Below are positions 25,461 to 37,768 of a stretch of DNA of 64,000 nt, piece after piece (position 1 is the stretch's first letter; each line of letters begins with the position of its first letter). This DNA is from Marsupella aquatica. Lineage: Eukaryota; Plantae; Marchantiophyta. The stretch lies in NCBI GenBank assembly GCA_973895155.1, contig OZ316893.1:14972645-15036644 (forward strand), read 5' to 3'. Under the pieces are notes generated by a model, which saw only the letters and a program-made list of their open reading frames with translations, did no database searches and was not told the origin of the DNA. The position numbers and the translations under genes were made by a program.

Positions 25461-27349
25461 GATTTGGCATAGTGGGGACGTAGCCCTATCGTGGCATAGC
25501 TTCCGAGCTCATCAACAAGCTAAAGTGGAAGGTTTGGGACCCAAACTTGTGGAATGAGAATTGATCCTGCTTCTGTAATTTCAAAGTTGAGGTAGAGTGG
25601 TTGGTCATCATAACCTATGCATGTGTTCATTCCAGGTTCAAGCAAGCCAAGGCTAGAGAGATCAGAATTTGGCTAGTAGACCCTGGTTGGTGACAAACTG
25701 GTTACTCTACCCAAAAAAATTCAGTGGAATTGGTAAAGAAATGGGGTAATGTTTTTGAGAAGGAGACATCCAGATTTTGGCTCATTTTTGGCACCAAAAA
25801 GCAGTATATCGGCTCCTCCAATACGCAACTCCGAATCTTAGATCATACGCCACCGACTCTGATAGGCTCCCGCCGCATCGCAGAGTTTGGTCACTGGCCC
25901 AGCGATTAGCTCCGATGGTACACTCTTGTAGGATTATGTTATCAAGCTTAATTAAAGCTTAGGCCACAACGGGAAACTCAAATACTCCGTCGCTGTCTAC
26001 TTTAGTACAGTCCTCTGAAGTTTAATGAACTAAACCCAAATACTTGAGAGGATTAGGGTTCAGCTTTAAAGTTAATTAATAAGAAGCATCTGATCAGTAT
26101 CGCAGTGAAGGAGGGAGAAGGGTTTAGGAATTCAGAGAAGGAGGAGAGAAGAAGGAACGCTAGACGACGACAGAGAGCCAACTTAAGGTCGAATTTCTCG
26201 ATGAGAAGGGTTGAGAAAGGCGCGTGGTCGAAGTCGGATAGGTTAGCCTCAATTTCCGTCCTGTGAATTTTCATGATACTCTCTGATTGCTTATGTCTCC
26301 TTCGTTTTTAGATGTTCGTGGTGATAAGAATTGAGCTACGTCTTACCCTTTCTGGCAATCTATGCAGGTAGGATCTCTGCTGCTTGACTTTGCTGGTGAA
26401 TGCATTGGATGTGTTGTCAAAGAGCGTTGTCCGGTTTTTGAAAGGATTGGATGCTCTCCGGGTCGAGTTTGGAATTTGAGCGAGAGGGATCGAAAGCCGA
26501 TCTGACTGGCATTGCGAAAATTGGAGTCTGCGCGACTCGAATTGGGTAAGAAAGAAAAGGGTTTAGTTAAGGATTCATATTGATGGATGTTCCGTACCTT
26601 GTTCTTTCTCTCGCAAAGCTTGGGGAGCTGAATTGGAAGAATCCGTTGGTGGCTAATCTGGTCCGAGACGGAAAGGGTAGCTACCGCTGTATAATCTTGG
26701 CTTCAATTATGACCAGTAGATCAGCTTCAACGTTCAAAATAGTTGTTCTCTGTAGTGCGAGTTCTACGGACTCCTAAGGATCGAGATGTAGATTCTTCAA
26801 TCCCTCCGTCTAGACCGTGTTAGTGAAGAAGGAAAAGACAGAAATTTGCTAGAAGGATTTGAATTTTGTCTTGCCGAGTGTAGTGATTTTTGCTGTCCAG
26901 TCTCTCATCCCCTCCTTGTGCCTTTGAGGGGAAACTGCAAAATCTTGTCTGAAATGTCCTAAAATATAACAGTCACAACCATAAAGTGTATCACGTGAAA
27001 GTCTGACTTTATTTGGGTAATTTCGAAAGGAATTTCCCGCCAACCTTGTTGAAAAACGGTATGGTCAAGATGATGTAGAAAGCAAATTCGAGGTTTGAAT
27101 TGATATCGGTTAGCCAGGAGATTCTTTTACTGATAGAGAAAAATCAGCTCAAACGTTATTGCTGCTTTGTTTTTAGATTGTGGAAATTTGTGTCCAATCT
27201 GGATTAAATGTGTCCATCTTGTAGCCCGTTCTGACTGCCGGGGCAATGAGTCGGGGCAATGAAGAGGTGTTTTGCGTGTTTATCAGAAGCAAACGTCAGG
27301 CTGCTGCGGCGTTGACAAGACAATTGGATTATATACCGGAGAGACAACG

Positions 27350-30300
27350 ATGATGGCTACTCTGCAGACTCCTAACCTTTTAAGAGCTTGCGCTGCAAGG
27401 TCTCTTTTGAGACACGTTTCTCACGGAAATTCTCTGAAACATTTTGCCATTGGAAATGGCACGACCGCTTGTAAACAAATTAAAGAATTTTCATTGGCTG
27501 CAAAAGCGAAGGCGAAACGGGAAACAGCAGCAGATTTTGGCTCGGACGATGGACCAAGTCATGCAAGTGACAGAGTGAGTTATTCATTTCTTAGTCTTCC
27601 TTCCTGTCCTTCTGTAGGTGTAGTTGATACGGTTTCAAAGTTCAAGCGCCGACATCCTCAAAGGTCTGCAATTGACAGAGGTGGAAAGGGTTTTGAAGAG
27701 CCTATATTCTTCTTCGTCCGACGTCAACTTGTTCAGCGTGGTAGATCTTTCGTGTTATTTTTGTGTCTTTGTACCTTTTTAACTTCAATATTTGTAATGG
27801 AAGGATCATATCGATGAAGCCTAATCTCGGTAAAATCAAGAATTTTTACGTGTGAGCACTCTGAATTTGAAACAGCAAAAGGCATTAGAAGCAGCTATGA
27901 GCGACATCAATAACTCTTTCGGGAAGGGAAGTGTGACAAGGCTTGGCAGCGCAGGCGGAGCCACTGTGTAAGCTTTCCCAATAAGTCTGATAGAGATCTG
28001 GAACAAATTTCTTTCCAGAGCTTGCAGGCTTGTGTCTCAATGTGCAGAGATAACTGGATACCATTACTAGAAGCACTCCTGAGCCTCAGTAGTTTTATGC
28101 ACATAATTGTCAATTAGGAATCTGGACTTGCATCCCTGGAGTAGCTCCGCTGAGCCCTTGAATAGAAAGTTGTGTTGGAAATATTTGAGGACTCTCCTTT
28201 CAGGTCACTCTGAACTCTTATTTCGCCATTCTTCCCTGGTCCTTCACTCACTTTTCCTTGTGCGTCACAGAGCAACTTTTCCAAGTGGATGCCTTACATT
28301 GGACTATGCGCTCGGTGGGGGTCTACCAAAAGGGCGCATCGTCGAGGTTTGTCCTAATTCGCTTTCCCTGGTTGGAAGGATGCTATGGTCAGCTCGTGGA
28401 ACTGTGGGCCAGGACGGTCTTGATGTGAGATGAGTATCATGTTTCTGAGACCTCTAGGGTGGCTTGCCTTAGAAGAAATAACATGCCTTAGAAGAAATAA
28501 TATTATTGGATGGAGAGTAAGCAGATGTGCTGGTATGAGGAGAAAGGACTACGAAGTTGCATGGAGACTGAGAAGCTCTTCCTTGTTGGGTCTTCCTTGA
28601 AGTTGTCCCGTATAACCTATGAATGTCGTACTGTGTTGCAGATCTACGGACCTGAGAGTAGTGGTAAGACAACATTAGCTCTTCATGCTATCGCCTCCAT
28701 TCAGGTAGGGTCCTTTTCAGGATGGTCAGTGCCTTCGTCGAGACTGCTGTTGGTGGAATGGTCCAGGTGTTCTGTTAAGCCAATCCAGATGGTTAGATTT
28801 TCCCAAGGGAATGTGAAGGACGACATGTATCATGCACTCATGTTCTTTGTTAGATCTAGTAGTTTGGACTCCTCTACGTAGCAAGGCGTAGATGAACTGT
28901 GGTGTAAGCCTCTCACCAATGAAGTCCCGCTGTGTTTTTATTATTGGCTTTTCACCGTTATTTTGTTGGTTTTTGTAACTCATTGACCTTTGCTGTTTTC
29001 TGCAAACAGAAACAAGGCGGCAATGCATTGCTGGTGGATGCCGAGCATGCCTTCGATCCAGATTACTCTCGAGCATTGGGTGTTGATGTGGAGAATCTGA
29101 TTGTTTGTCAACCAGACAATGGGGAGATGGCGCTAGAAAGTACCTTACTATTGTCCTTCTATGTTGCATTTGTGAGTGTTGCATTCTTTTCAAAAACGAG
29201 AACTGTTCAATGCTGTCTGTCGTTGCTGTGCTGAGCTGTGCTGTGCTCGCAGGTCAATGATTCCAAAAAGGTCGCTTACTGCTCTTGACGTTAGGACTAT
29301 TCTCAGCAAACTTATAACAGAATCATTTTGTGCAGCTGCTGACCGCATGTGTAGGTCAGGAGCTGTGGATCTTATTTGCATTGATTCTGTTTCTGCTTTG
29401 ACCCCGCGAGCTGAAATTGAGGTATTCTCCGAGGTGTCTTTGCCGACGTTTCTTTTCAAAATTGTGTGACTACTGTCTGTGCTAAAGAAGTTACCCTCTT
29501 TTCTATTTGACGTAGTCCCAAAGAACTAGGTGCCGGATGAGAAATGACAAGTGGATATTGGCAGGGAGAAATAGGGATGCAGCAGATTGGCCTACAGGCT
29601 CGTCTTATGAGCCAAGCATTACGGAAAATGTCTGCTAATGCCTCAAGAGCTTCGTGTTCTCTCATTTTCATTAATCAGATCAGGATGAAGGTAAGCTCTC
29701 TGAATCCTTCCTTCTTTCTTCTCTCTCATAAAATTTAGCGTTGTTGCCATCGTTCCTGCCTTAATGGGATGAATTTCTTTCGGTTGTTGCAGATAGGAAT
29801 AATGTTTGGCAACCCTGAGATAACGAGTGGAGGGCTTGCCCTGAAATTCTTTGCCTCCTTAAGACTGGAGATTCGTTCAACTGGAAAGATCAAATCTGTG
29901 AGTTCCTATGAACGTTCCCATTTTTGAAAAGTAGTCGGTCATCTGCTTCTGAGGGATGTTAAGATGAAGTTTAAGCTTAGTTAAGGAGTTGTCCTGAACG
30001 ACAGTTCGAACAGGTGACTGGCAAGCCTTGCCCTTGTGAAAGTTTAAGATTACGCAAACTTCATTCATAACCTCTTCATCGCCAACTCAACGAGTGGTGG
30101 ACAATCATCCTGCTGCTTTAAGCTTCAGCGAGTCCCAATAACTGGCAAATTCAGACGTTGGTCTATTTTGAAATTACACTGATTAGTTGCATCCTGGCAG
30201 CCCAAAGGAGAGGACGACATTGGTATTCGAGCTCGAGTCAAAGTAGTGAAAAGCAAGGTACTGTTTGGCGACGTCTGCTCAGGCTTATAGCTTCCAATCA

Positions 30301-31473
30301 CCATTTTTCTTGGCTGCGGTGTCCTTAGTGGCATGATAGAAAGCCGCTGACCTAGCTTCAAGTGCGCCTTTGTCTTGGTCTCTATTCTGCTGAATCTTGC
30401 TCCTGCAAATATTCCGGGCAAAATATTTCCGCTGACCTCGGAAGGAGGACTTTCGAAACCTTTTTTTTTTTCTGCACAGTGGTATGGGTGTTGTTACCTG
30501 TGAGCTCTGACATCCGAAAACCTGTTGCATAACATAATCGTATTTGGACCATTAAGCCTCAGAGAGCCTAAAGCTGGATCGTTTCCAAAGAGAGATTATT
30601 GAGTATGTTGTCCGGCTGCATACAGGTCTCCAGGCCATACAAGCAAGCTGAGTTTGACATCCTGTTTGGAGAGGGGATTAGTACCCTTGTAAGTAAAACT
30701 TGCGTGTCCCTGTTTTTGCTTTTAAGCCAAATAAATAGTTTCGTGATTTCTGGGTTTGACGGATTTCACCTAAAGCATAATCTATGTTCGTGCAGGGATG
30801 TATTCTAGATTGTGCTGAACAGCTTGGAGTGATTGTTAAAAAGGGATCGTGGTACAGCTTCGGGGAAGCCAGGTATGTTCCAAGTGCATCTGGATTGGGC
30901 CAAGCTCTGGACAGTTCCTGCTGGTTGAACTACAGTTTCTTGTATGTGAGAATTCTCAGAAATGGATGTCACTAGCATATCTTTAGCCTTCGCATTGGTC
31001 TAAAGAGCCATTTTGGGAAGCATCTCTGTATGATCTACGATAACGTGCGATTTATCGTTTCTGCAGGTTAGGTCAGGGTAGAGAGAAAGTCGTACAGTTT
31101 TTTCGAGAAAACCAAGATGTCTGCAACAGCGTTGAGCAGGTCTGATTGCATCTTCCTTACTTTGAACAACTACTAATGTGGTTACGACTGTGTACCTGTT
31201 ATCGCTGCAATTTCCTTGAATCTAGGTGGATTCCAGCTTTCAGATTTTGGATCAGATGTGAAGTAGTCATGCTTCGTGAAGGCGCGTCGCAATTGTCCAA
31301 GGCATCATTTATAACAATTTTAGCTTCTTTGTCTACAGCTTGTGCGGACCAAAATTGCAGAGGAAATGAGCTCTAGAAGGGATCATTTGTCAGCGCATTC
31401 CTGGGCCCCAGTTGATGTTGAGGAGTCTTTTGATGTAGAAGACAAAGAAGAGGAAGCTCTTGTAGAGCTCTGA
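27350..31473 (+). CDS. RECA: Plastid-type RecA recombinase, 13 exons: 27350-27574, 27876-27967, 28271-28346, 28642-28704, 29010-29139, 29336-29421, 29565-29690, 29793-29897, 30201-30257, 30626-30688, 30796-30872, 31067-31139, 31339-31473
   Basis: All introns are GT-AG and the frame is continuous. Motifs: [24 protein letters not shown], Walker [50 protein letters not shown]. The N-terminal extension looks like a transit peptide. Confidence 0.95.
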
Positions 31474-32745
31474 TAGCAAGAAGTTTCTCTGGGCAAGAGT
31501 AGTTTTGTAAATCCAATTGTACAAAAAACGTGCTCCTCCTGTCAAACTTATGAAGGCATTGCCAGTGGCTGTTGTCGAAGTTTAGGTTCGAGTCTCTCTG
31601 GAAATTTATATATGTGTTAATGGAAAATATGGAGAATTTTTTGAAAAGGTTGAGATAGTTAGCTCTTGCCCAGTTGCATGTGCCCCTGATGCGTAAGGGG
31701 TTGCTAACCACTTGTTACTTATTCTGCAATACCACATACACCGGAACCCTTTCATCTGTGTGTATACGTTCCTCGTGCTTTCCCTTTCTGGCCACCGTTG
31801 TTTCAGCCCAATTTTCCCTGCATGCCGGTAGGTCATCCCTGTGCCTACCCTTTTCTAGTCAGACAGACGTGAATTTTCTTTCCAAGACTCGTATGCACCG
31901 CAATCAGGGGTGATGATCTGGTAGTGATTTGGGTATTGATCCTTTTCGCATGTCTTAGTCAATAGTGCATTTCACAACTTCTCGTACCAACAATGGAGAG
32001 CCTATGGAAAAGGTATTGGACCAGAAAATTGCAGCATGAAAAAGTGCTATCCAAGTTTTGAGAATTTGCAAAATGAGCCAATAGTGCATTTCACCACTTC
32101 TAGTACCTGAATAGAAAACATGTGAAGCAATCAAGAAGCGTACAGCAGAAGTGCTAGCCCAAACAAATGTTGTCCTAGTTTGTAAAATTCTGAAATGGAT
32201 CATGTGAGGCGGACTTTCAAACAATTACTCAATTCAGACATTATATTATACTAAATAAAAACTTTCAGGACACTGTCAAAAGTGTAAAGTGAACAAGCTT
32301 GCTAGTGAGACCAATTATGGTAAGCTAAAACTCATCAAAGTAGGACAGATAAGTTCCTAGTTTTGCAGGTTTGAGAGTGAAAGTGTTGATGTAGGGCATT
32401 TGTTTTTGCTTTGAAAGTCTAAAGCATACTCATCCAACAAGGATAGACTTCATGCTCCAGAGCATGCAATTCTGTAGGGTAGCCACTTGGTGGACAATAC
32501 CCAAGGATCCTATAGTGACCCAGACCAGGAGGGAGAGAGTGTTAAACTAGGGCCCTAAAGCTGACCAGTATTGAAAAGAGAGGGTTACAGTAGGGCCCTA
32601 AAGCTTACCAGTATTGAAAAGTAACCAATTGGGCATCACAAAGCTGAGATTCACGAGGATGGTATTCAGCCATAAAGGAATGGTCATAAGTTTTTCATTT
32701 TTCTGTAAAGGTTTTTCGGTTGTTTTTTCTTCAGCAGCCTCTACA

Positions 32746-32895
32746 CTGACTAATGGTAATGGCTTAACCAATCCTTATGGCAAAAAGTTTAGGAGAATGA
32801 ATTTAGTGGGCAATAACTTTTTGTGTCCTTAACCCATAACTAGGAAGTTATGGTCAAGTTATGGTCCATCAAATTATCAGCTTTGAGACGCCAAA
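32746..32895 (+). repeat. Dispersed repeat, second copy of 25311-25460
   Basis: Same conserved blocks, same orientation. Confidence 0.7.
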
Positions 32896-32947
32896 ACACT
32901 CTCACACCTACACCCCCACACCCCACCCACACACACATACCCTCCAC

Positions 32948-33020
32948 CTGCAAGGGGGATTGACCCTGGGACCTCTCAGTTCTAGGCTAATCCCCTGGCC
33001 AACTGACCTAAGCCAATTGC
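32948..33020 (-). mobile_element. tRNA-derived (SINE-head-like) degenerate sequence
   Basis: Minus strand reads GGCTTAGGTCAGTTGG (A-box-like) ... GAGGTCCCAGGGTCAATCCCC (B-box/T-arm-like) at tRNA spacing, followed by a GT-rich tract. No intact cloverleaf. Confidence 0.55.
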
Positions 33021-35824
33021 TTGCTTAGGACATTTAGTCCCAACTAGCTGTAGGACATTTAGTGGGTGGGGGAGGGGCTCCATAAGGCTTTTGTGATTAG
33101 TGAAGGTTCAAGGTGAGGCTCAGTTAGGCCTGAAGCAATAGCGCCAAAGCAAGCTAGGTGACATTGTGGAAAAGGATCATGTGAGGCATTGCAACAAATA
33201 TTAAGTGTTCAAACCTTTGAATTTTGGCTGGACTACTAGGCTGGATGTTAAGACATTGGGAGGAAATGGCCCAAACCCTTGGCTTGACCCTGCCACCTGT
33301 CAAGGGCAGCTATTTTAGCTATTTTGGGAAATAGTTAGAGTTGCTATTGTCATTTGTCACCAGAGGAGATATCGGTGAAGATTTAGGATCCAAATTTCTT
33401 ACATGAAAATCCTACCATCATATTTCTCTAAAAACTTAGAGAACCATACAATCTTGGTTGAAATAACCCATTGGAAGTAGTGCAGCTAATCTCTCCAGTG
33501 TGTTGTTTGCGAATTTTATCTGCGCCAAAACATTTTTTGAAGGTGGAATTCAGCGCCAAAGATTCCCCATTCTCTGTCGTATATGATCAGGAGATGCACT
33601 TGGACAGAAAAGGTTTGAGTAGTGGGCCCCTGCTAGGCTATTTTATTATCTGGCAGACAATGCTCAGCTTGTTTTTGCACTGATTCATGCTCAGCTCATT
33701 GTAGCCAAGAACCTGTGCTTGGTTACTTATAGTAGCCAACTCATGTTTGGCACATGTGAGATGAGGACTCAGCTATTTGCCGTATGGGCAAACTAATCAG
33801 CGTTAGATGAGTGAAATAGATGAGAGAGAGTAAAGCTATTATTAACCCAAGACATGCTTAGATGGGTATAAGCACTAGCAATGCTCCAATGAAGGAGACT
33901 ATACCGTGGATATTCCAAGACAGCTACAGGAGATAAATATGGGAAAATTAGATATGATTGGATTAAAGAAAGTCTAAGGGTGTGAGCTACAATCCTTTGC
34001 CACTATATAAGACACTCTTATCTTTCATTGGACCTAACCTGAACTGAAATGTTTTTCTTGGAAGGCTTGAAACTATAAGGCACTATTATATAAGTAGTGA
34101 TCTTGTGAAACTCAAGACTTTCTAAAGACTTCAATTGGAATGAGAGACAACATGCAGGTGGAGACTGTCTTCTCATGTACTGATCTCACAAAACTCAAAA
34201 CCAGAAATTTGTGGTCATTGCTGACCCTACTAGTTGGCCCGCTATAGGGACTAGTGTTGCAACGGCTGGCCATGTACCAGGCTGTGCTGCAGCAAGGGTT
34301 ACTCAACGTAAAGGAGGAGGCTTATGGTGTGCATTAACATGGGGACCTTTTATACACGTTTGTTGTGGAGGTCTTTGGGGTGCAGCTACACCCGAGCTTT
34401 GACCGTTTCATTATGTGAAGCAGAGGCCATACCCCGGGTGCATGATTGTTTGTTATCACCACCATTCTATAGACAACGGGTTAGGTGTCTGTTGTGCTTG
34501 AGCAATCAGAGACATTCACTATTCTTTGTATGGGTGATGCGGTTGGTTTTAGGGCCTCTAGACAGATTCCCTTGCTTGACCCTCCTATGCAGATCACACC
34601 TAGAGCTCTACCAGGCTCTTCAATGCCAATAGGTAGGTTAGGGGGGCTTTACAAGAACTCTGGGCAGCAGTTCCGTTTTTTCTACATTAGCCATTCAAAT
34701 GTGGGAAATTAATGGCCACACTTCACTTTACATGAGCTTGGGGGCACAATCAGGCAAACTTATTACCAATCCTAGTCATCTACAACTGGGCCCCTTGTGG
34801 GTCCATTTATTTTTGCTGATGTGTACATTTTTTGGTCAAAAACTTAGACCGCCTCTTGAGGTGGTCTAAAAGAATGGAGCACATGGCTTCTATTCAGGGT
34901 ATTGCACTTGTTATCTCCGGGCCTGACACATTTTGGCACAGGGATCTTACCTTTAGAATATGGAACTTGCCCTAACTTTGCTGTGGAGAGATATTGAACG
35001 GGCTCCACCAGACACTGAATGGCCCCATCCATCTTGTAGAGCCCTCCTTAGGTTTTTTTTGTCCCTGGGTCCTTATGGCTTCTTGGCCCTTTGGTTGTCC
35101 CCCCTTGATTGGGTAGTTTGGGTGTGCAATCATGTGTCCTGGTTGGGCAAGCTTTTGTTTTTTGCAGTTTGAAATAATCATATGAACCATGGGATCAGAA
35201 ACCAAAGCCCAGGTGGACCTCCAGTTTGGGTTTAGGGTTTAAGGTTTTGGCCCAGATGGACTGGCAAAGCTTGGATGGACTTGCTCATAACATTTAAACT
35301 GACTCAGATAACACTGTTTACACTTTTGATTGAACGTGACCTATAAACGGTGTCCTACCTTGACAACATGATGACCTTGAACCTGAAAGACTTCAAGACG
35401 TCATGCCGTTTACTCAGGATCACTGTGACGTCTTGACCACTTTCTCCCCCAAGGTAGTCAAAGTTGTCAACTGCGATCTGCGACTGGTTCCTTTTTCTTT
35501 TTGGTGTAAAAGCAATGATCCCTTTTACGTAGTCCATGGGGACGGGCAGGGACAATTGTCTCATTCCATCCGGGCTTTTGTTTTGTGGGATCATGTTTAG
35601 GTTTTTTGTTTTTTCCTAGTTTGAAATATATGAAATGTCAATGCATCATAGTGGCCAAGGGCAAAAATGCCGGACTGGGAAACATGATCCCGAAGGCAAA
35701 GCAACCCAATGATAGGGAGGAAAAGAGGGGAAGGGCCCCAAGAAAAACAGCCAAGGGGTCCTCAACCCAAAAGCCTACCAAAGAACAAAGACAAAAAAAT
35801 TAACCTACACAGGAGCTAACACCC

Positions 35825-36390
35825 TAGTGAGGCAGAGAACTGAAAAGCCTGGTACATGAAAAGCCTAGTAGAGCTCCACAATAAATCAAGCTGAACCTGT
35901 GGGGAGGCCCTAAACTGGGAGGCCCTAAACCCAACTCTTTGAGCCCTAGAAGGAGGGTGAAAGCTTGGGCCAGCTGAAAGCTAACTGAAAAGCCTGGGTG
36001 ATGAAAAGCCTGGTAGAGGTCCACAATAAATCTAATAGGAGGGTCACTAAGCTGGGGAGGCCCTAAAACCAACCCTCTCAGCCGTAGAAGGAGGGTGAAA
36101 GCTTGGGCCAGCTAAAAACCAAACCAACTCTGTGAGCCTAGAGGAGGGTGAAAGCTTGGGCCAGCGGAAAGCCAAACCAACTCTATGAGCCTAGAGGAGG
36201 GTGAAAACTGGCCCTCTTTGAGCAGTAGAAAGAGGGTGAAAGCTTGGGCGAGCTGAAAGCCAAAGTGATGTGGTGCCCTAGAAGGAGGGTGAAGACTGGC
36301 CTCTCCGAGCCCTAGAGGAGGGTGAAAACTGGCCCTCTTTGACCCGTAGAAAGAGGGTGAAAGCTTGGGCGAGCTGAAAGCCAAAGTGGT
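35825..36390. repeat. Degenerate minisatellite array
   Basis: About eight recurrences of (C)TAGA(A)GGAGGGTGAAAGCTTGGGCCAGCTGAAAGC and variants. Confidence 0.85.
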
Positions 36391-36423
36391 GCACATACAA
36401 AGAGCTCTCGATACTCAAGAAAC

Positions 36424-36910
36424 AGATCGTCCTGGAGGGCGTCAATTGGAAAGACCATCACTCTGCAGGTGAAGAGCTCCGAACTGGCTTGGACACTGTC
36501 GATAGGATACGGGCCAAGATTCAGGAGAAAGAGGGACCGAGTTGCAACAGAGCAACAGCGATTGAGTTTCGCTGGTAAACAATTACAACTCGCGTGCACT
36601 CTCGCGGATCACGACATGACCACAGAAGTCGATGGTGCATTTGGTATTGAGGCTTCGAGGCAGGATGCATATATTCGTGTAAGACTCTCACCGGGAAGGT
36701 GATCATAATTGAATCGGAGCGTTCTGTCACCGTCCTTGTCCTCGAGAGGAGAGTTCGAGCCAAGATGGAGTTCCCATGCCTTTCCAAATATTTGCGTACG
36801 CCAGCAAGCAACTACAAGAGGAGCGCACTCTTGCTGATTACAAAGTCCGGCTGATTACAAATCCAGAAGGACTCGACCTTACAACTGTGGTACAGGCTCG
36901 GAGGGGGTCA
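36424..36910 (+). pseudogene. Decayed polyubiquitin-like sequence (two ubiquitin units)
   Basis: Across frameshifts it reads GKTITLQVKSS, DTVDRIRAKIQEKEG, EQQRLSFAGKQL...TLAD, LRLRGR-MHIFV, KTLTGK, KQLQEERTLADY. Confidence 0.8.
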
Positions 36911-37768
36911 CGGTCCACGAATGACTGCGGAAGGTCAAGTGGAGGCTCTGTCTCCAATACTATGGAATCAGAGTGCCAACTCGTTTTTGTATCGTTGTTT
37001 GTTGGTGGCAAGGCAATCAGTTAAGTTGTGTTCAATGTCAATACATCTTGTCCATTTACTATCCCCAATAAATTATTGTTGCTGCATCCGGTGCCGATTC
37101 CGAGTCTTTTCATGCGTACGGGTTCGGAATGAAATCCGAAGTTGGACTCTGTATTCGAGCGACAAACTTGAATCTGCCGATCAATAAACATAACCAGGAT
37201 GTATCATGTAATGTTCTTGGGGAAGGACCCCATTATTGAATTCAGATTGATAAATTTGCGCAACAGCGCAAGATCTGTGCACAATGGGAGTGCCCTGCAG
37301 CAGATCTCAATTCAACTCACTACTCGAACTCACTTTACCACTTCATCGTGTAGCAAGGAGAACTAAACAAACTGCTCTAAGCTATGAAGAATTGGAGCTT
37401 TGAAGATCATAGTCCCTATTTGGAACAATGAAATCTCAATGCATGTCAATCATAATGAGAGGGTTTTCTCTTGGGCTACCCCAGATTATTGCTACCAGGG
37501 CTGGTATGGTGGCGGGCACTCATTGAAGTTGATCACCAGCGCCGTAGGTGGTATCCAACAAGGTACTCTCCACGTTATGCTGATCGATCGCCCAACACCT
37601 CGTGAAATTATCATCCTAGCTAGATGTGAATAACAACACCTCGTGAAATTATCATCCTAGCTAAATTTGAATAAATAGATCTACTCGTTACCTGGAATCG
37701 TACTAAGAATATGCATATTTTCTAGTACGTCATTGCATCATGTTTGCGTCGGTCTTTTGGCCAAGCTC

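Noticed and set aside
27350-31473. RecA as bacterial contamination or recent HGT
   Set aside because: Twelve spliceosomal introns and a transit-peptide-like extension show it is the normal endosymbiont-derived nuclear gene.
35825-36390. Repeat array superficially CRISPR-like
   Set aside because: Eukaryotic context, degenerate repeats, non-unique spacers and no cas genes.
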